Below are positions 50,411 to 59,957 of a stretch of 64,000 nucleotides of DNA, piece after piece. The stretch covers positions 202 to 64,201 of the forward strand of contig DASUNW010000063.1 in the NCBI GenBank assembly GCA_036276955.1, written 5' to 3'. Source of the DNA: Alcanivorax sp. GTDB taxonomy: Bacteria; Pseudomonadota; Gammaproteobacteria; Pseudomonadales; Alcanivoracaceae. The notes beneath the pieces were generated by a model. That model was not told where the DNA came from. It searched no databases and saw only the letters and a program-made list of their open reading frames with translations. Position numbers and translations under genes: made by a program. Within the stretch, counting starts at the first letter, position 1, and every line of letters starts with the position of its first letter.

Positions 50411-51372
50411 CGACAAAACTCAATCTTTTTCTCACCCTGGCCCTGGGCGCGCAGGTCGCCCTGGCCGCCGCGCTGTTCATCAGCGGCGGCCAGAATGCCG
50501 CCCCCCGTACCCGTGGCGCCCTGCTGCCCATGGCACTCGATAACATTGCCTCGGTGACCGTGCGTGACGGCAAGGACAACACCGTTACTCTCGAACGCGA
50601 AAACGGTCAATGGCGGGTACCGGCGCGGCAGGGTTTTCCGGCCGACAGGCAACGGCTGAACGATCTGCTGCAAGGCCTGCACCAGGCCCGCCCGGAAATG
50701 CCGGTGGCCACCTCGGACGCCGCGCGAAACCGGTTCGACGTGGCCAGGGACGACTTCGCCCGCCATCTGACCTTGCGCACCGATAACGGTACCGAAGTGG
50801 CGTTCTACCTGGGCAAGGCCGCCGGCGCCGGACGCGTCTACCTGCGTCGCGCCGGGGAAGACGCCATCCAGGACGTACAGGTGCCTCTGTGGAAAGCCAG
50901 CGCGAAAACCAGCGACTGGCTCGATCCGGGCTACCTGCGCCCGAAGCTGGCCGGGGTGACCCATATCCGCTTACCGAACGTGGCCCTGAAGAGGCAAGAG
51001 GACCGCTGGCGAGCGGCGGAGTTACCCGAAGGACGCACCACCGACCAGGCACGGGTCCAGAACCTGCTGAACCATTTCCGCACTCTTAGCTGGCAGACCT
51101 TGTTGCCCAAGGAAGCCGAAAGTGACGAACCCGCTTTCCAAGTCCGCCTGGAAGGCGGTGGCGAGCCGCTGATCTACCGGTTTTACCGGCATCGCGAGGG
51201 TGGCGGGACTCAATGGCGCGTGAAACGCTCCGACGGTGATTATCTGCTTGAGGTCAAGGACGCTGAAGTCAAAGCATTCCGCGACGCCAGCGTGAATAGC
51301 CTGAGCCGGGAATCGCCGCCGGCGAACACATCGGCGAGCCAGAAAGACGGCCACGGAGCCGTCTCTGACTAA
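50407..51372 (+). CDS. DUF4340 domain protein
   Basis: N-terminal anchor, L.R..G.W, FPAD, LG..A, YLR; ATGA overlap; usual partner of GldG-like genes. Confidence 0.78.
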   Translation: MTTKLNLFLTLALGAQVALAAALFISGGQNAAPRTRGALLPMALDNIASVTVRDGKDNTVTLERENGQWRVPARQGFPADRQRLNDLLQGLHQARPEMPVATSDAARNRFDVARDDFARHLTLRTDNGTEVAFYLGKAAGAGRVYLRRAGEDAIQDVQVPLWKASAKTSDWLDPGYLRPKLAGVTHIRLPNVALKRQEDRWRAAELPEGRTTDQARVQNLLNHFRTLSWQTLLPKEAESDEPAFQVRLEGGGEPLIYRFYRHREGGGTQWRVKRSDGDYLLEVKDAEVKAFRDASVNSLSRESPPANTSASQKDGHGAVSD

Positions 51373-51378
51373 CCGGGC

Positions 51379-51403
51379 ACGGGCCCGCTTCAGGGCCCGT
51401 TTT
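51379..51403 (+). terminator. intrinsic terminator
   Basis: ACGGGCCC-GCTTCA-GGGCCCGT-TTT. Confidence 0.7.
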
Positions 51404-51433
51404 ATATTGCGCCGACAAGTCGACGCGACGCCG

Positions 51434-51715
51434 TCAGCCTCGGACTTCGAACAGCTTTACATCGGGCCGCCCGGCCAGCAAATCTTTCAAACCGCCGCCA
51501 AGACCCTTCATGTTCTCACGGTGCGCGTCCAGCGCCGGCTGATCGTTGTACTGTTCATAGATCATCACGGTGTCGCCGTCGTCCACGGACTGGTGAACGG
51601 TGTAGCCGTGATTGCCCTCTTCTTTGCGGACTTCCACGGCGATGCGGCTCATTTCAGCGGCGAGCGCGTCGCCCTTGCCGGGCTGGGCGGTAAGGATAGC
51701 TACGATACCGAGCAT
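51434..51715 (-). CDS. ABM-family (YgiN-like) putative quinol monooxygenase
   Basis: A.PGK, VR.EEG...Y, IYE.Y....AL.AH; SD AAGGAA. Confidence 0.82.
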   Translation of the reverse strand: MLGIVAILTAQPGKGDALAAEMSRIAVEVRKEEGNHGYTVHQSVDDGDTVMIYEQYNDQPALDAHRENMKGLGGGLKDLLAGRPDVKLFEVRG

Positions 51716-51927
51716 GGTGGTTCCTTTTGTTGTTTATGGAATAACGCTTTTGGAATGAGATTCCGAAAATTGGAATGAGCATGCTGGCACAGGGGCGTGG
51801 GTGCGGCCATGGGGTTTTGCGTCGTGGATTGGGGTGGAAAGGACTTGGGGAAAAACCCGGGTCAGCAGGTCATGGGAGCGTAGTCGAGGAATTTGGTGTT
51901 TGGTGAAAGGCTTGGGCGCGCTTTGCG

Positions 51928-52054
51928 CGCGCCGAGAGGGTGGGATTGACTCGCTTCGCTCGGGGCTGCGCCCCGTCGCCTTTGGCGACGTCCTTCGCCG
52001 GCCGTAGGCCGGCTCGTTGAACCGGTGGGTTCAAATTAGACCGCCCTGTCCGCC
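51928..52054. repeat. tRNA-linked structured repeat downstream of tRNA-Ser
   Basis: GAGAGGGTGGGATT (51934-51947) copies the tRNA 3' end; a degenerate inverted copy lies at 52026-52054; small hairpins between them. Confidence 0.65.
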
Positions 52055-52088
52055 AAAAAAAAGGGGCTGCCTGTTGGCAGCCCCTTTT
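52055..52088 (-). terminator. intrinsic terminator of tRNA-Ser
   Basis: A8-GGGGCTGCC-TGTT-GGCAGCCCC-TTTT. Confidence 0.9.
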
Positions 52089-52091
52089 GTT

Positions 52092-52181
52092 TGGCGGAGA
52101 GGGTGGGATTCGAACCCACGGAGGACGCAAATCCTCGGCGGTTTTCAAGACCGCTGCATTCGACCACTCTGCCACCTCTCC
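52092..52181 (-). tRNA. tRNA-Ser(TGA)
   Basis: 90 nt with long variable arm; GCGGT-CTTGAAA-ACCGC; CCA. Confidence 0.96.
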
Positions 52182-52192
52182 GATGGGCGCCA

Positions 52193-52220
52193 ATCATACC
52201 TGAGACGCTTTCGCAGTCAA
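52193..52220 (-). promoter_or_regulatory. sigma70 promoter for tRNA-Ser
   Basis: TTGACT-N16-TATGAT. Confidence 0.65.
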
Positions 52221-52270
52221 CGGCCCCGGGTCAATAAGCCTGCCATAAGCGCGTGATTCAAGAGGGAAAT

Positions 52271-52296
52271 CTTGATTTTGGCGCGAGTGTCCCTAT
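52271..52296 (+). promoter_or_regulatory. possible sigma32 promoter for yccA
   Basis: CTTGAT...CCCTAT resembles CTTGAA-N13-15-CCCCAT. Confidence 0.4.
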
Positions 52297-52331
52297 TATC
52301 CATGGGACACCCTCAAGCAATGAGTCCGAGT

Positions 52332-53021
52332 ATGAGCAACCACCCGAACCCGTATACCGCCCCCCACCGTCAGCACGCGGCGACGGCGGTCACCGGCGAG
52401 CGCGCCGCTCAGGTCCTGAAAAACACCTATATGCTGCTGGGGCTTTCCCTAATGGTCTCCACCGGGGCCGCGGTGTTCTCCATGTCCGCGGGCATCGGCT
52501 ACATGAATATTTTCGTGACTCTGGGCGTGTACTTCGGCCTGCTGTTCGCCACCAACAAGCTGCGCAACAGCGCCTGGGGCATTCTTGCCGTGTTCGGCCT
52601 GACCGGCTGGCTGGGTTTCACCACCGGCCCGATCATCACCATGTACGCGCAGATCAACGGCGGCATGGAGATCGTTTCCCTGGCGCTGGGCGGCACCGCC
52701 AGTATCTTCGTGGCCATGTCGGCCATCGCCCTGGTGACACGCAAGGACTTCAGCTTCCTGACCAACTTCATCATGATCGGCATTCTGGTGGCGTTCCTGG
52801 CCGGCCTGGCGGCGATGTTCTTTAACATCCCTGCTCTGTCGCTGGCGGTGTCCGCCGCGTTCGTGCTGCTCTCGTCCCTGCTGATTCTGTGGCAGACCAG
52901 CGCCATCATCCACGGCGGCGAGACCAACTACATCATGGCCACCGTCACGCTGTTCGTGTCGATCTATAACCTGTTCCTGTCCCTGCTGCATATTCTTACC
53001 GCCCTCAGCGGGAATGATTAA
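52332..53021 (+). CDS. yccA: Bax inhibitor-1/YccA family membrane protein
   Basis: VLKNTYMLL, TRKDFSFL, IIHGGETNYIMAT. Start is 52320 or 52332. Confidence 0.93.
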   Translation: MSNHPNPYTAPHRQHAATAVTGERAAQVLKNTYMLLGLSLMVSTGAAVFSMSAGIGYMNIFVTLGVYFGLLFATNKLRNSAWGILAVFGLTGWLGFTTGPIITMYAQINGGMEIVSLALGGTASIFVAMSAIALVTRKDFSFLTNFIMIGILVAFLAGLAAMFFNIPALSLAVSAAFVLLSSLLILWQTSAIIHGGETNYIMATVTLFVSIYNLFLSLLHILTALSGND

Positions 53022-53409
53022 AGTCAGTCTTCTCGTGACCGCCGGGCCGCAACGGCCCGGCGCCCTCACCGCCCTTCGCACCGCGCAAGCGGTGGCGCGC
53101 TCTTCCCATCAGCTTTACCGCGTGTTCTTCTACGGAGACGGCGTGCATCTGGCCAACCGTCTGGCCTGCCGCGAGGACGTCGCTTGCGACGCCCAGCGTG
53201 GCTGGCAGACGCTGGTGGCGGAGCACGGCTGGCCGGCCTCGGTGTGCGCGGGCGCCGCGCTCAAGCGTGGCGTCTGCGATACGACGGAAGCCCGCCGCGC
53301 CGGCCTGGACGACGCGAACGCCACCCTGGCGGACGGCTTCACGCTGGTGGGGCTGGGCGACTGGGTGGACGCCCTGACACAGAGCGACCGGGTGGTGCAT
53401 TTTGGCTGA
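53014..53409 (+). CDS. tusD: sulfur relay TusD/DsrE
   Basis: VFFYGDGV, VC.GAALKRGV (active-site Cys), GLG, DRVVHF. Confidence 0.88.
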   Translation: MIKVSLLVTAGPQRPGALTALRTAQAVARSSHQLYRVFFYGDGVHLANRLACREDVACDAQRGWQTLVAEHGWPASVCAGAALKRGVCDTTEARRAGLDDANATLADGFTLVGLGDWVDALTQSDRVVHFG

Positions 53410-53713
53410 TTCGGTGCTCTATCTGGTGCGGCGCGCGCCGGGCCGTGGCGGCGGCTGGCGGGAAACCGTCGACATGGCGCTCACCGGGGCCGCCTTCGGC
53501 GTGGCTACCCTGGTGTGGTTCGAGGCTTCGCCGTTGAACGTGCTGGCGAGCCGTAGCGACCATGCGGATTTGCTGGCCGAGCTGACCGGCTTCGGCATTC
53601 GCTGCGTGGCCCGGCGCGAGGACCTGCCCGACGGGCTGGCCGGAATCGAAGGTCTGGACCCGACGGCGCTTCACCAGCTGCGGCATAGCGCCGCGCAAAT
53701 GGTCATACTGTAA
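53402..53713 (+). CDS. tusC: TusC/DsrF-like, divergent
   Basis: RRAP, E.VDMAL..AAF; TTG start; operon position. Confidence 0.65.
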   Translation: MADSVLYLVRRAPGRGGGWRETVDMALTGAAFGVATLVWFEASPLNVLASRSDHADLLAELTGFGIRCVARREDLPDGLAGIEGLDPTALHQLRHSAAQMVIL

Positions 53714-53985
53714 TGCTGCATCTGATCGGCTTTGACGACCTGGACAGCAACATCGGCCGCGACTGCCTGGCGGTCTACGAACGCGGCGATCTGTGCGTGT
53801 TCGTCGACCAGGGCCATCTGGTGGCCACCGACTTTCCACTAGAGGGGCCGGGCTATCTGCTTGGCGACGAGGGCCCGCCGGCGGCGCGCGCGGCGGATTT
53901 GGAAACCATCGACTACGACCGGCTGGTGGCGCTGATCGCCGAACAGGGCCCGGTCACCGGCTGGTACGACACCGAGAACTCATGA
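53713..53985 (+). CDS. tusB: TusB/DsrH-like, divergent
   Basis: MLH, IDY..LV.L, C-terminal W; operon position. Confidence 0.65.
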   Translation: MLHLIGFDDLDSNIGRDCLAVYERGDLCVFVDQGHLVATDFPLEGPGYLLGDEGPPAARAADLETIDYDRLVALIAEQGPVTGWYDTENS

Positions 53986-54968
53986 GCGAACATCCTTTCG
54001 CGCCCTATGTACGCACCCTGGGCCGTGGCAAACGGGCACGGCGCAGTCTCACCCGCGAAGAAGCCGCCGACGCCATGGCGATAATCCTGCGTGGCGAGGC
54101 GGAACAGGCGCAGATCGGCGCCTTCTTGATGCTGCTGCGCGTCAAGGAGGAAACCACCGAGGAGCTGGCCGGCTTCCTGGACGCCTGCCGGCCGGTGTGC
54201 CGGGAAAGCCTGGCCGCCCTGCCCGCCGTCGATGTGGACTGGCCCAGCTACGCCGGCAAGAAAAAACACCATCCCTGGTACCTGCTGGCCGCCCGCCTGC
54301 TGGCCGACAATGGCCTGCGCATTCTGATGCACGGCGGCCCGGCGCACACGCCCAACCGCCGCTACAGCGACGATATGCTGGCGGAATTGGGGGTGGCGTT
54401 GCCCGCTTCGGTGGCCGAGGCCGGCCAGCAGTTGGACGACGACGGCTTGACCTATCTGGACCTGGGACACTTCTGCCCCGCCCTGCCGGAACTGCTGATG
54501 ATGCGCTTCCAGCTGGGCCTGCGCTCGCCGATCAATACGCTGGCGCGCAGCCTCAACCCCGCCGGCGCGCCACTGAGCATGCAAAGCGTTTTCCACCCGG
54601 CCTACCTGGAGCTGCATCTGGGCGCGGCGAGCGCCTGCGGTGACCGCAACCTGCTGCTGTTCAAAGGCGAAGGCGGCGAGCTGGAGATTCGTCCCGACGC
54701 GCGCACCGCCCTCACCGGCCTGCGCCACGGCGAGCCGGCGGACGGCGTGCTGAGTGCCGCCATGGGCCGTCAGACGCCGCCGGGCGAGGTGTCGGTGGCA
54801 CCTCTGCAGGCACTGTGGCGCGGCCAGACGGACGACGCCTACGGCCAGGCCGCCGTGCTCAAGACTGTGGCGGCGGTGCTTTGGGGGTTGGAAAAGGTGG
54901 CCAGCCTGGAGGAAGGCGAGAAAGCGGCGGCGGCCCTGTGGGAGGCGCGCCGCCGGGACCGGCTCTAG
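53982..54968 (+). CDS. glycosyltransferase family 3 / YbiB-like protein
   Basis: [39 protein letters not shown]. Confidence 0.85.
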   Translation: MSEHPFAPYVRTLGRGKRARRSLTREEAADAMAIILRGEAEQAQIGAFLMLLRVKEETTEELAGFLDACRPVCRESLAALPAVDVDWPSYAGKKKHHPWYLLAARLLADNGLRILMHGGPAHTPNRRYSDDMLAELGVALPASVAEAGQQLDDDGLTYLDLGHFCPALPELLMMRFQLGLRSPINTLARSLNPAGAPLSMQSVFHPAYLELHLGAASACGDRNLLLFKGEGGELEIRPDARTALTGLRHGEPADGVLSAAMGRQTPPGEVSVAPLQALWRGQTDDAYGQAAVLKTVAAVLWGLEKVASLEEGEKAAAALWEARRRDRL

Positions 54969-56380
54969 ACGCCATCGGCGTCGGCGGCGCCGAACCAGCG
55001 ATAGCGCGGGTGCAGGCTGACCACACTGCCGACGATAATCAACGTGGGTGCGTGGATCTCCCGGCCTTCGATGCGGTCGGCCAAGTCGTCCAGGGTGCCG
55101 GTGATCACTTCCTGGGCGTCAGTGGTGCCCCGCGAGACCAGCGCCACCGGCGTGTCCGTGGCGCGGCCATGCTCGATCAGCCGGGCGCAGATTTCGCGCA
55201 GTCCCACCAGCCCCATGTAGAACACCAGGGTTTCCTGCTCCGCCACCAGGCTGGCCCAGTTCAGGTCGACGCTGCCGTCCTTGCGGTGGCCGGTGACGAA
55301 CCGCACTGATTGCGCGTGGTCGCGGTGGGTCAGCGGGATACCGGCGTAGGCGGCGCAACCGCTGGCCGCGGTGATGCCGGGCACCACCTGGAACGGGATA
55401 CCGGCGGCCACCACCTCTTCCAGCTCCTCGCCGCCGCGACCGAAGATAAACGGGTCGCCGCCCTTCAGCCGACACACCTTCTTGCCCTCACGGGCGTAGT
55501 GCACCAGCAGGTCGTTAATGTTGTCCTGAGGCAAGGTGTGCCGATCGCGGGCCTTGCCCACGTAAATCAGCTCCGCGTCGTCGCGGGCCAGGGCAAGAAT
55601 ATCCGGCGCCACCAGACGGTCGTAGAGCACCGTGTCCGCCTTGCGCAGCAGATGCAGGCCGCGGAACGTCAGCAGGTCCGGATCGCCGGGGCCCGCGCCC
55701 ACCAGATAGACCTCGCCACCGACCGCCGCTGGCCGGTTCTGATCCGCCTGCGCCACGGCGGCGTGCAACGCCGCCTCCGCCTCGGATTCATGGCCGGACA
55801 GCACCTGCTCCACAAACGGGCCGTCCAGCTGTTGCTCCCAGAACGCTTCGCGGTCTTTGCGATCCGGCAGCGCCCGCGCCAACGGCGCCCGGAAACGACC
55901 AAGGATGCCGGCCAGGCGCCCCCAGCGGCTGGGCAGCCAGGCTTCCAGCCGGGCCCGCAGCCGCCGGGTCAGCACCGGCGAGACCCCGGAGGAACTGATG
56001 GTGATAAAAAGCGGGTCGCGGTCGATCAACGCCGGGAACACGAAGCTGCTGATATCCGGGCGGTCGACCACGTTCACCGGCACGCCACGCCGCGCGCAGA
56101 GCGCCGCGATGCGTTCGTTGAGCGCGTGATCGTCGGTGGCCAGCACCACCAGCCGGGCCTCGTCCAGGTCGCTGTCCTGGAACGGCCGGCGGTGGCATTC
56201 CCCCGCCGCGCCGTCGCGTTCCACCAGCGTTTGCAGCTCCGCGCGCCACGCCGGCGCCACCAGGCGCAAGCGGGCACCGGCGCGGTCAAGCAGGCGCGCC
56301 TTGCGCAACGCGGTGTCACCGCCGCCCACCAACAGGGCGGTTTGGCCGGCGAGTTTGAGCCCCAGCGGCAAAAAATCCAT
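54965..56380 (-). CDS. cysG: siroheme synthase
   Basis: [41 protein letters not shown]. Confidence 0.96.
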   Translation of the reverse strand: MDFLPLGLKLAGQTALLVGGGDTALRKARLLDRAGARLRLVAPAWRAELQTLVERDGAAGECHRRPFQDSDLDEARLVVLATDDHALNERIAALCARRGVPVNVVDRPDISSFVFPALIDRDPLFITISSSGVSPVLTRRLRARLEAWLPSRWGRLAGILGRFRAPLARALPDRKDREAFWEQQLDGPFVEQVLSGHESEAEAALHAAVAQADQNRPAAVGGEVYLVGAGPGDPDLLTFRGLHLLRKADTVLYDRLVAPDILALARDDAELIYVGKARDRHTLPQDNINDLLVHYAREGKKVCRLKGGDPFIFGRGGEELEEVVAAGIPFQVVPGITAASGCAAYAGIPLTHRDHAQSVRFVTGHRKDGSVDLNWASLVAEQETLVFYMGLVGLREICARLIEHGRATDTPVALVSRGTTDAQEVITGTLDDLADRIEGREIHAPTLIIVGSVVSLHPRYRWFGAADADGV

Positions 56381-56405
56381 GGCGTCGGTTCCTCTCAGCG
56401 TGCCT

Positions 56406-57698
56406 TCAGCTCAGGCGTTCCCGCCCTCTCATGTAAGGCCGCAGAGCTTCGGGGATGGTGACGGAGCCGTCCTCGTTCTGGTAGTTCTCCAGAATCGCCA
56501 CCAGGGCCCGGCCCACGGCCAGACCGGAACCATTCAAGGTATGTACCAACTCCGGCTTGCCGGTCTCCGGGTTGCGCCAGCGCGCCTGCATGCGGCGTGC
56601 TTGGTAGTCGCGGAAATTGGAGCACGAGGAGATTTCCCGGTAACGCCCCTGGCTGGGCAGCCATACCTCGATGTCGTAGGTTTTGGCGGCGGAGAAACCC
56701 AGGTCGCCGCCGCACAGGATCACCACCCGGTAAGCCAGCCCCAGCTTTTGCAGAATCGCCTCGGCGTGGCCGGTGAGCGCCTCCAGGGCCTGCTCGGACT
56801 GATCGGCGGGCACCATCTGCACCAGCTCCACTTTTTCGAACTGGTGCTGGCGAATCATGCCGCGGGTGTCCTTGCCGTGGCTGCCGGCTTCGGAACGGAA
56901 ACAGGGCGTGTGGCACACGTAGCGGCGCGGCATGCTGTCCGCTTCCAGAATCTCGTCGGCGGCCAGGTTGGTCACCGGCACTTCGGCGGTGGGAATCAGG
57001 TACAGCTCGCGCTCGCCCTGCATCTTGAACAGGTCTTCCTCGAATTTCGGCAATTGCCCGGTGCCGCGCAGCGCCTCCGGGCCCACCAGATACGGCACGT
57101 ACAGTTCCTGATAGCCGTGCTCCTCGGCGTGGGTGTCGAGCATAAAATCAATCAGCGCGCGGTGCAGGCGGGCCAGCTGGCCGCTCATCACCGCGAAGCG
57201 CGCGCCGGACAGCTTGCTGGCCCGGTCGAAATCCAGATGGCCCTGGCTGAAGGCCTCACCCAGGTCGACATGGTCCTTGGCGGGAAACCCCAGTTCGGTG
57301 GGCGTGCCCCACTGCCGCACTTCCACATTGTCGTCTTCGTCGTTGCCGGCGGGCACTTCATCCACCGGCACGTTGGGCACGCCCATCAGGAAGTCACGGA
57401 TCTCTTCCTGGATCGCCTTGGCGCGGGCGACTTCGCCGTCCAGCTCCGCGTCCAGGGTCTTCAGGGTTTCCGCCACCTTGGCCTTGGCGGCGTCCACGTC
57501 CATGCCGGACTTGATCAGCTCGCCGACTTCCTTGGACGCTTTCTTGCGCTGTGCCTGAAGTTCCTGGGAGCGCACGTCCGCGTCTTTGCGCCGGGCGTCC
57601 AGACGTTCGAACCCGGCCAGGTCCAGGTCATAGCCCCGTTTTTTCAGTGCCTCTCGAATGGCGTCGCCGTCCTGGCGCAGCGCGCGGATATCAAGCAT
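56406..57698 (-). CDS. serS: serine-tRNA ligase
   Basis: [36 protein letters not shown]. Confidence 0.98.
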   Translation of the reverse strand: MLDIRALRQDGDAIREALKKRGYDLDLAGFERLDARRKDADVRSQELQAQRKKASKEVGELIKSGMDVDAAKAKVAETLKTLDAELDGEVARAKAIQEEIRDFLMGVPNVPVDEVPAGNDEDDNVEVRQWGTPTELGFPAKDHVDLGEAFSQGHLDFDRASKLSGARFAVMSGQLARLHRALIDFMLDTHAEEHGYQELYVPYLVGPEALRGTGQLPKFEEDLFKMQGERELYLIPTAEVPVTNLAADEILEADSMPRRYVCHTPCFRSEAGSHGKDTRGMIRQHQFEKVELVQMVPADQSEQALEALTGHAEAILQKLGLAYRVVILCGGDLGFSAAKTYDIEVWLPSQGRYREISSCSNFRDYQARRMQARWRNPETGKPELVHTLNGSGLAVGRALVAILENYQNEDGSVTIPEALRPYMRGRERLS

Positions 57699-57780
57699 GG
57701 TCGATCCCCTTGGGAATAAATCGTCGTTCGTCTCGCTGGCCAGCGGCCAGGGCCGCGAAGTTTAGCAAAATCCCCGGCCG

Positions 57781-58013
57781 CAAGCTGCAAGCTGCAAGCT
57801 GCAAGCTGCAAGCTAGCGTTGTTGACGGGCCGGTAGTGCCGGTCAAGCAAAAGTTGCAAGTTTCAACTTGAAAGTTGAAGCGCGGTGAGGGCTTTGCCGA
57901 CGGCACGGCCGTGCCCGCGTTGCAACTTGCAACTTTCAACTTGCCACCCGCCAGCGGCACGGCCTTTCCTCCAGCACGGCCTGCTTGCGGCTTGTAGCTT
58001 GTAGCTTGAAGCT
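57781..58013. repeat. nested heptamer-repeat inverted element between rarA and serS
   Basis: (CAAGCTG)4-CAAGCTA at 57781-57815; inner AAGTTGC/GCAACTT arms; right arm GCTTGCG-GCTTGTA-GCTTGTA-GCTTGAA. Confidence 0.82.
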
Positions 58014-59337
58014 AATCGCCGTAGCGCTTCCAGTCGCTTTCGGCGTTCTTGCGGCGCAGGGTGCGCAGCTTTTCGGCGATGCGGATTTCCAGACCGCGCT
58101 CCACCGGCTCGTAGAAACGGGTATCGCGCAGCTCCACGGGAAAATAATTCTCGCCGTCGACAAACGCGTCGGGGAAGTCATGGGCGTAATGGTAGTCGGC
58201 GCCGTAGCCTTCGTTTTTCATCAATTTGGTGGGTGCGTTGCGCAGGTGCAGCGGCACTTCATTAGTGGGGTTGCCGGCCACCAGGGCGCGGGCCGCGTTG
58301 TAGGCGTTGTAGACCGCGTTGCTCTTCGGCGCCACCGCCAGGTAGGCGATCGCCTGCGCCACCGCCAGTTCGCCTTCCGGGGTGCCGAGACGCTCCTGCA
58401 CGTCCCAGGCATTGAGACACAGGGTGAGCGCGCGCGGGTCGGCGTTACCGATCTCTTCACTGGCCATGCGCACCACCCGCCGGGCCACGTACAACGGGTC
58501 GCAACCGCCATCCAGCATGCGCGCGAACCAGTACAGCGCGGCGTCCGGGTCGGAGCCGCGCACCGCCTTGTGCAGGGCGCTGATCTGGTCGTAGAACACG
58601 TCACCGCCCTTGTCGAAACGTCGCACCGCGTCGCGCAGCACTTCTTCCATCAACGGCCGGTCGATGCGTGGCCGCTCACCGTCGGTCAGATCCAGGGCGA
58701 TCTCGAGCATGTTGAGCAGCCGGCGGGCGTCGCCGTCGGCGTAGCCGAGCAGCAGATCCCGGGCGTCGTCGTCGATCTCGGTGTCGGCCAGTTCCGGCTC
58801 CGCCAGGGCGCGACCGAGCAGCGCCTGCAGATCGGCGCGCTCCAGACCGCGCAAACGGTACACCCGGGCGCGGGACAGCAGGGCGTTGTTCAGCTCGAAG
58901 GAGGGATTCTCGGTGGTGGCGCCGATAAAGATCACCGTGCCCTCCTCCACGTGCGGCAGGAAGGCGTCCTGCTGGGCCTTGTTGAAACGGTGCACTTCGT
59001 CCACGAACAACACCGTACGCCGTCCCTGGCCCAGACGCGCCCTGGCCTGGTCGACGGCGGCGCGGATATCCTTGACCCCGGACAACACCGCCGACAGCGT
59101 GATGAACTCGGCGTCCACTGAGCGGGCGAGAATCAACGCCAGGGTGGTTTTACCGGTGCCCGGCGGGCCCCACAGAATCATCGAATGCAGCTGACCGCGC
59201 TCGCTGGCCTGGCGCAACGGTTTGCCGGAACCGACCAGGTGCCTTTGGCCGACGTACTGGTCCAGATTGGCGGCGCGCAGCCGCGCCGCCAGGGGCTGGG
59301 CGGCGGCGCGGCCGTCGGTTTCGAACAGGTCGTTCAT
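58012..59337 (-). CDS. rarA: replication-associated recombination protein A
   Basis: PLAARLR, WGPPGTGKTT, DEVHRFNKAQQD, GATTENP, APKSN. Confidence 0.96.
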   Translation of the reverse strand: MNDLFETDGRAAAQPLAARLRAANLDQYVGQRHLVGSGKPLRQASERGQLHSMILWGPPGTGKTTLALILARSVDAEFITLSAVLSGVKDIRAAVDQARARLGQGRRTVLFVDEVHRFNKAQQDAFLPHVEEGTVIFIGATTENPSFELNNALLSRARVYRLRGLERADLQALLGRALAEPELADTEIDDDARDLLLGYADGDARRLLNMLEIALDLTDGERPRIDRPLMEEVLRDAVRRFDKGGDVFYDQISALHKAVRGSDPDAALYWFARMLDGGCDPLYVARRVVRMASEEIGNADPRALTLCLNAWDVQERLGTPEGELAVAQAIAYLAVAPKSNAVYNAYNAARALVAGNPTNEVPLHLRNAPTKLMKNEGYGADYHYAHDFPDAFVDGENYFPVELRDTRFYEPVERGLEIRIAEKLRTLRRKNAESDWKRYGD

Positions 59338-59945
59338 TGCTGCCGGATAATATCGGTGCCTTCCGGAGGCTGAAAATCGAAGCGGCCCGGCGTCGGCGCC
59401 TTGTTAATAGTGAGATTGAGGAAATCGATGACGGTCTTTTGCCCCAGGGCGTCTTCCAGACGCATGGATACCGGTCGTTGGCCGTCGAAGGTCACGTCCA
59501 GGGTGTCGAACAGCGGGTCGCTACGGCGCGGCTTCAGGCGATAAGTAATGTTGTCGCCGTTGCGGTCCTTTTCTTCAACACGAAACGCTTTGGCCACCGC
59601 CGAGGGGTCGCCGCCGAACAGCAGTGCCGGGGTCTCGCTCAGGTTCTCATTGAGCGGCCGCACCACCACCTGTTCCAGATCGGCGTCGTAGACCCAAACG
59701 GTTTCACCGTCGGACACCGCCAATTGCTCGTAGGGCCGCTGGGTGTGCCAGTAAAAGCGGTTGCCGCGCGCCACTTCCATGGTGCCCGCGGCCTCCCTGG
59801 CCCGGCGGCCGTCGTGGTCCAGCACGGTTTGCTCGAAATCGCCACGCAGGCTATCCAGCCCGCGCAGTTTGGCGACCAGGTCCTCGGCGGCATCGGCCAG
59901 GGCCAGGGAAGGAAGCAGTGTTACCAACATCAAAAGCTTATACAT
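59334..59945 (-). CDS. lolA: outer membrane lipoprotein carrier
   Basis: Signal peptide, F.Q.V.D, SDG.TVW.YD.DLEQV, TPALL. Confidence 0.92.
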   Translation of the reverse strand: MYKLLMLVTLLPSLALADAAEDLVAKLRGLDSLRGDFEQTVLDHDGRRAREAAGTMEVARGNRFYWHTQRPYEQLAVSDGETVWVYDADLEQVVVRPLNENLSETPALLFGGDPSAVAKAFRVEEKDRNGDNITYRLKPRRSDPLFDTLDVTFDGQRPVSMRLEDALGQKTVIDFLNLTINKAPTPGRFDFQPPEGTDIIRQQ

Positions 59946-59957
59946 AGGGTTTCCTTG

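Noticed and set aside
51785-51920. G-rich tract, possible G-quadruplex or rut site on the opposite strand
   Set aside because: Composition skew only, with irregular G-run spacing and no independent support
46471-52092. Intact integrative element at tRNA-Ser
   Set aside because: No integrase and no distal att copy near 46.5 kb
57781-57815. CRISPR array
   Set aside because: 7-nt tandem units without spacers, and no cas genes
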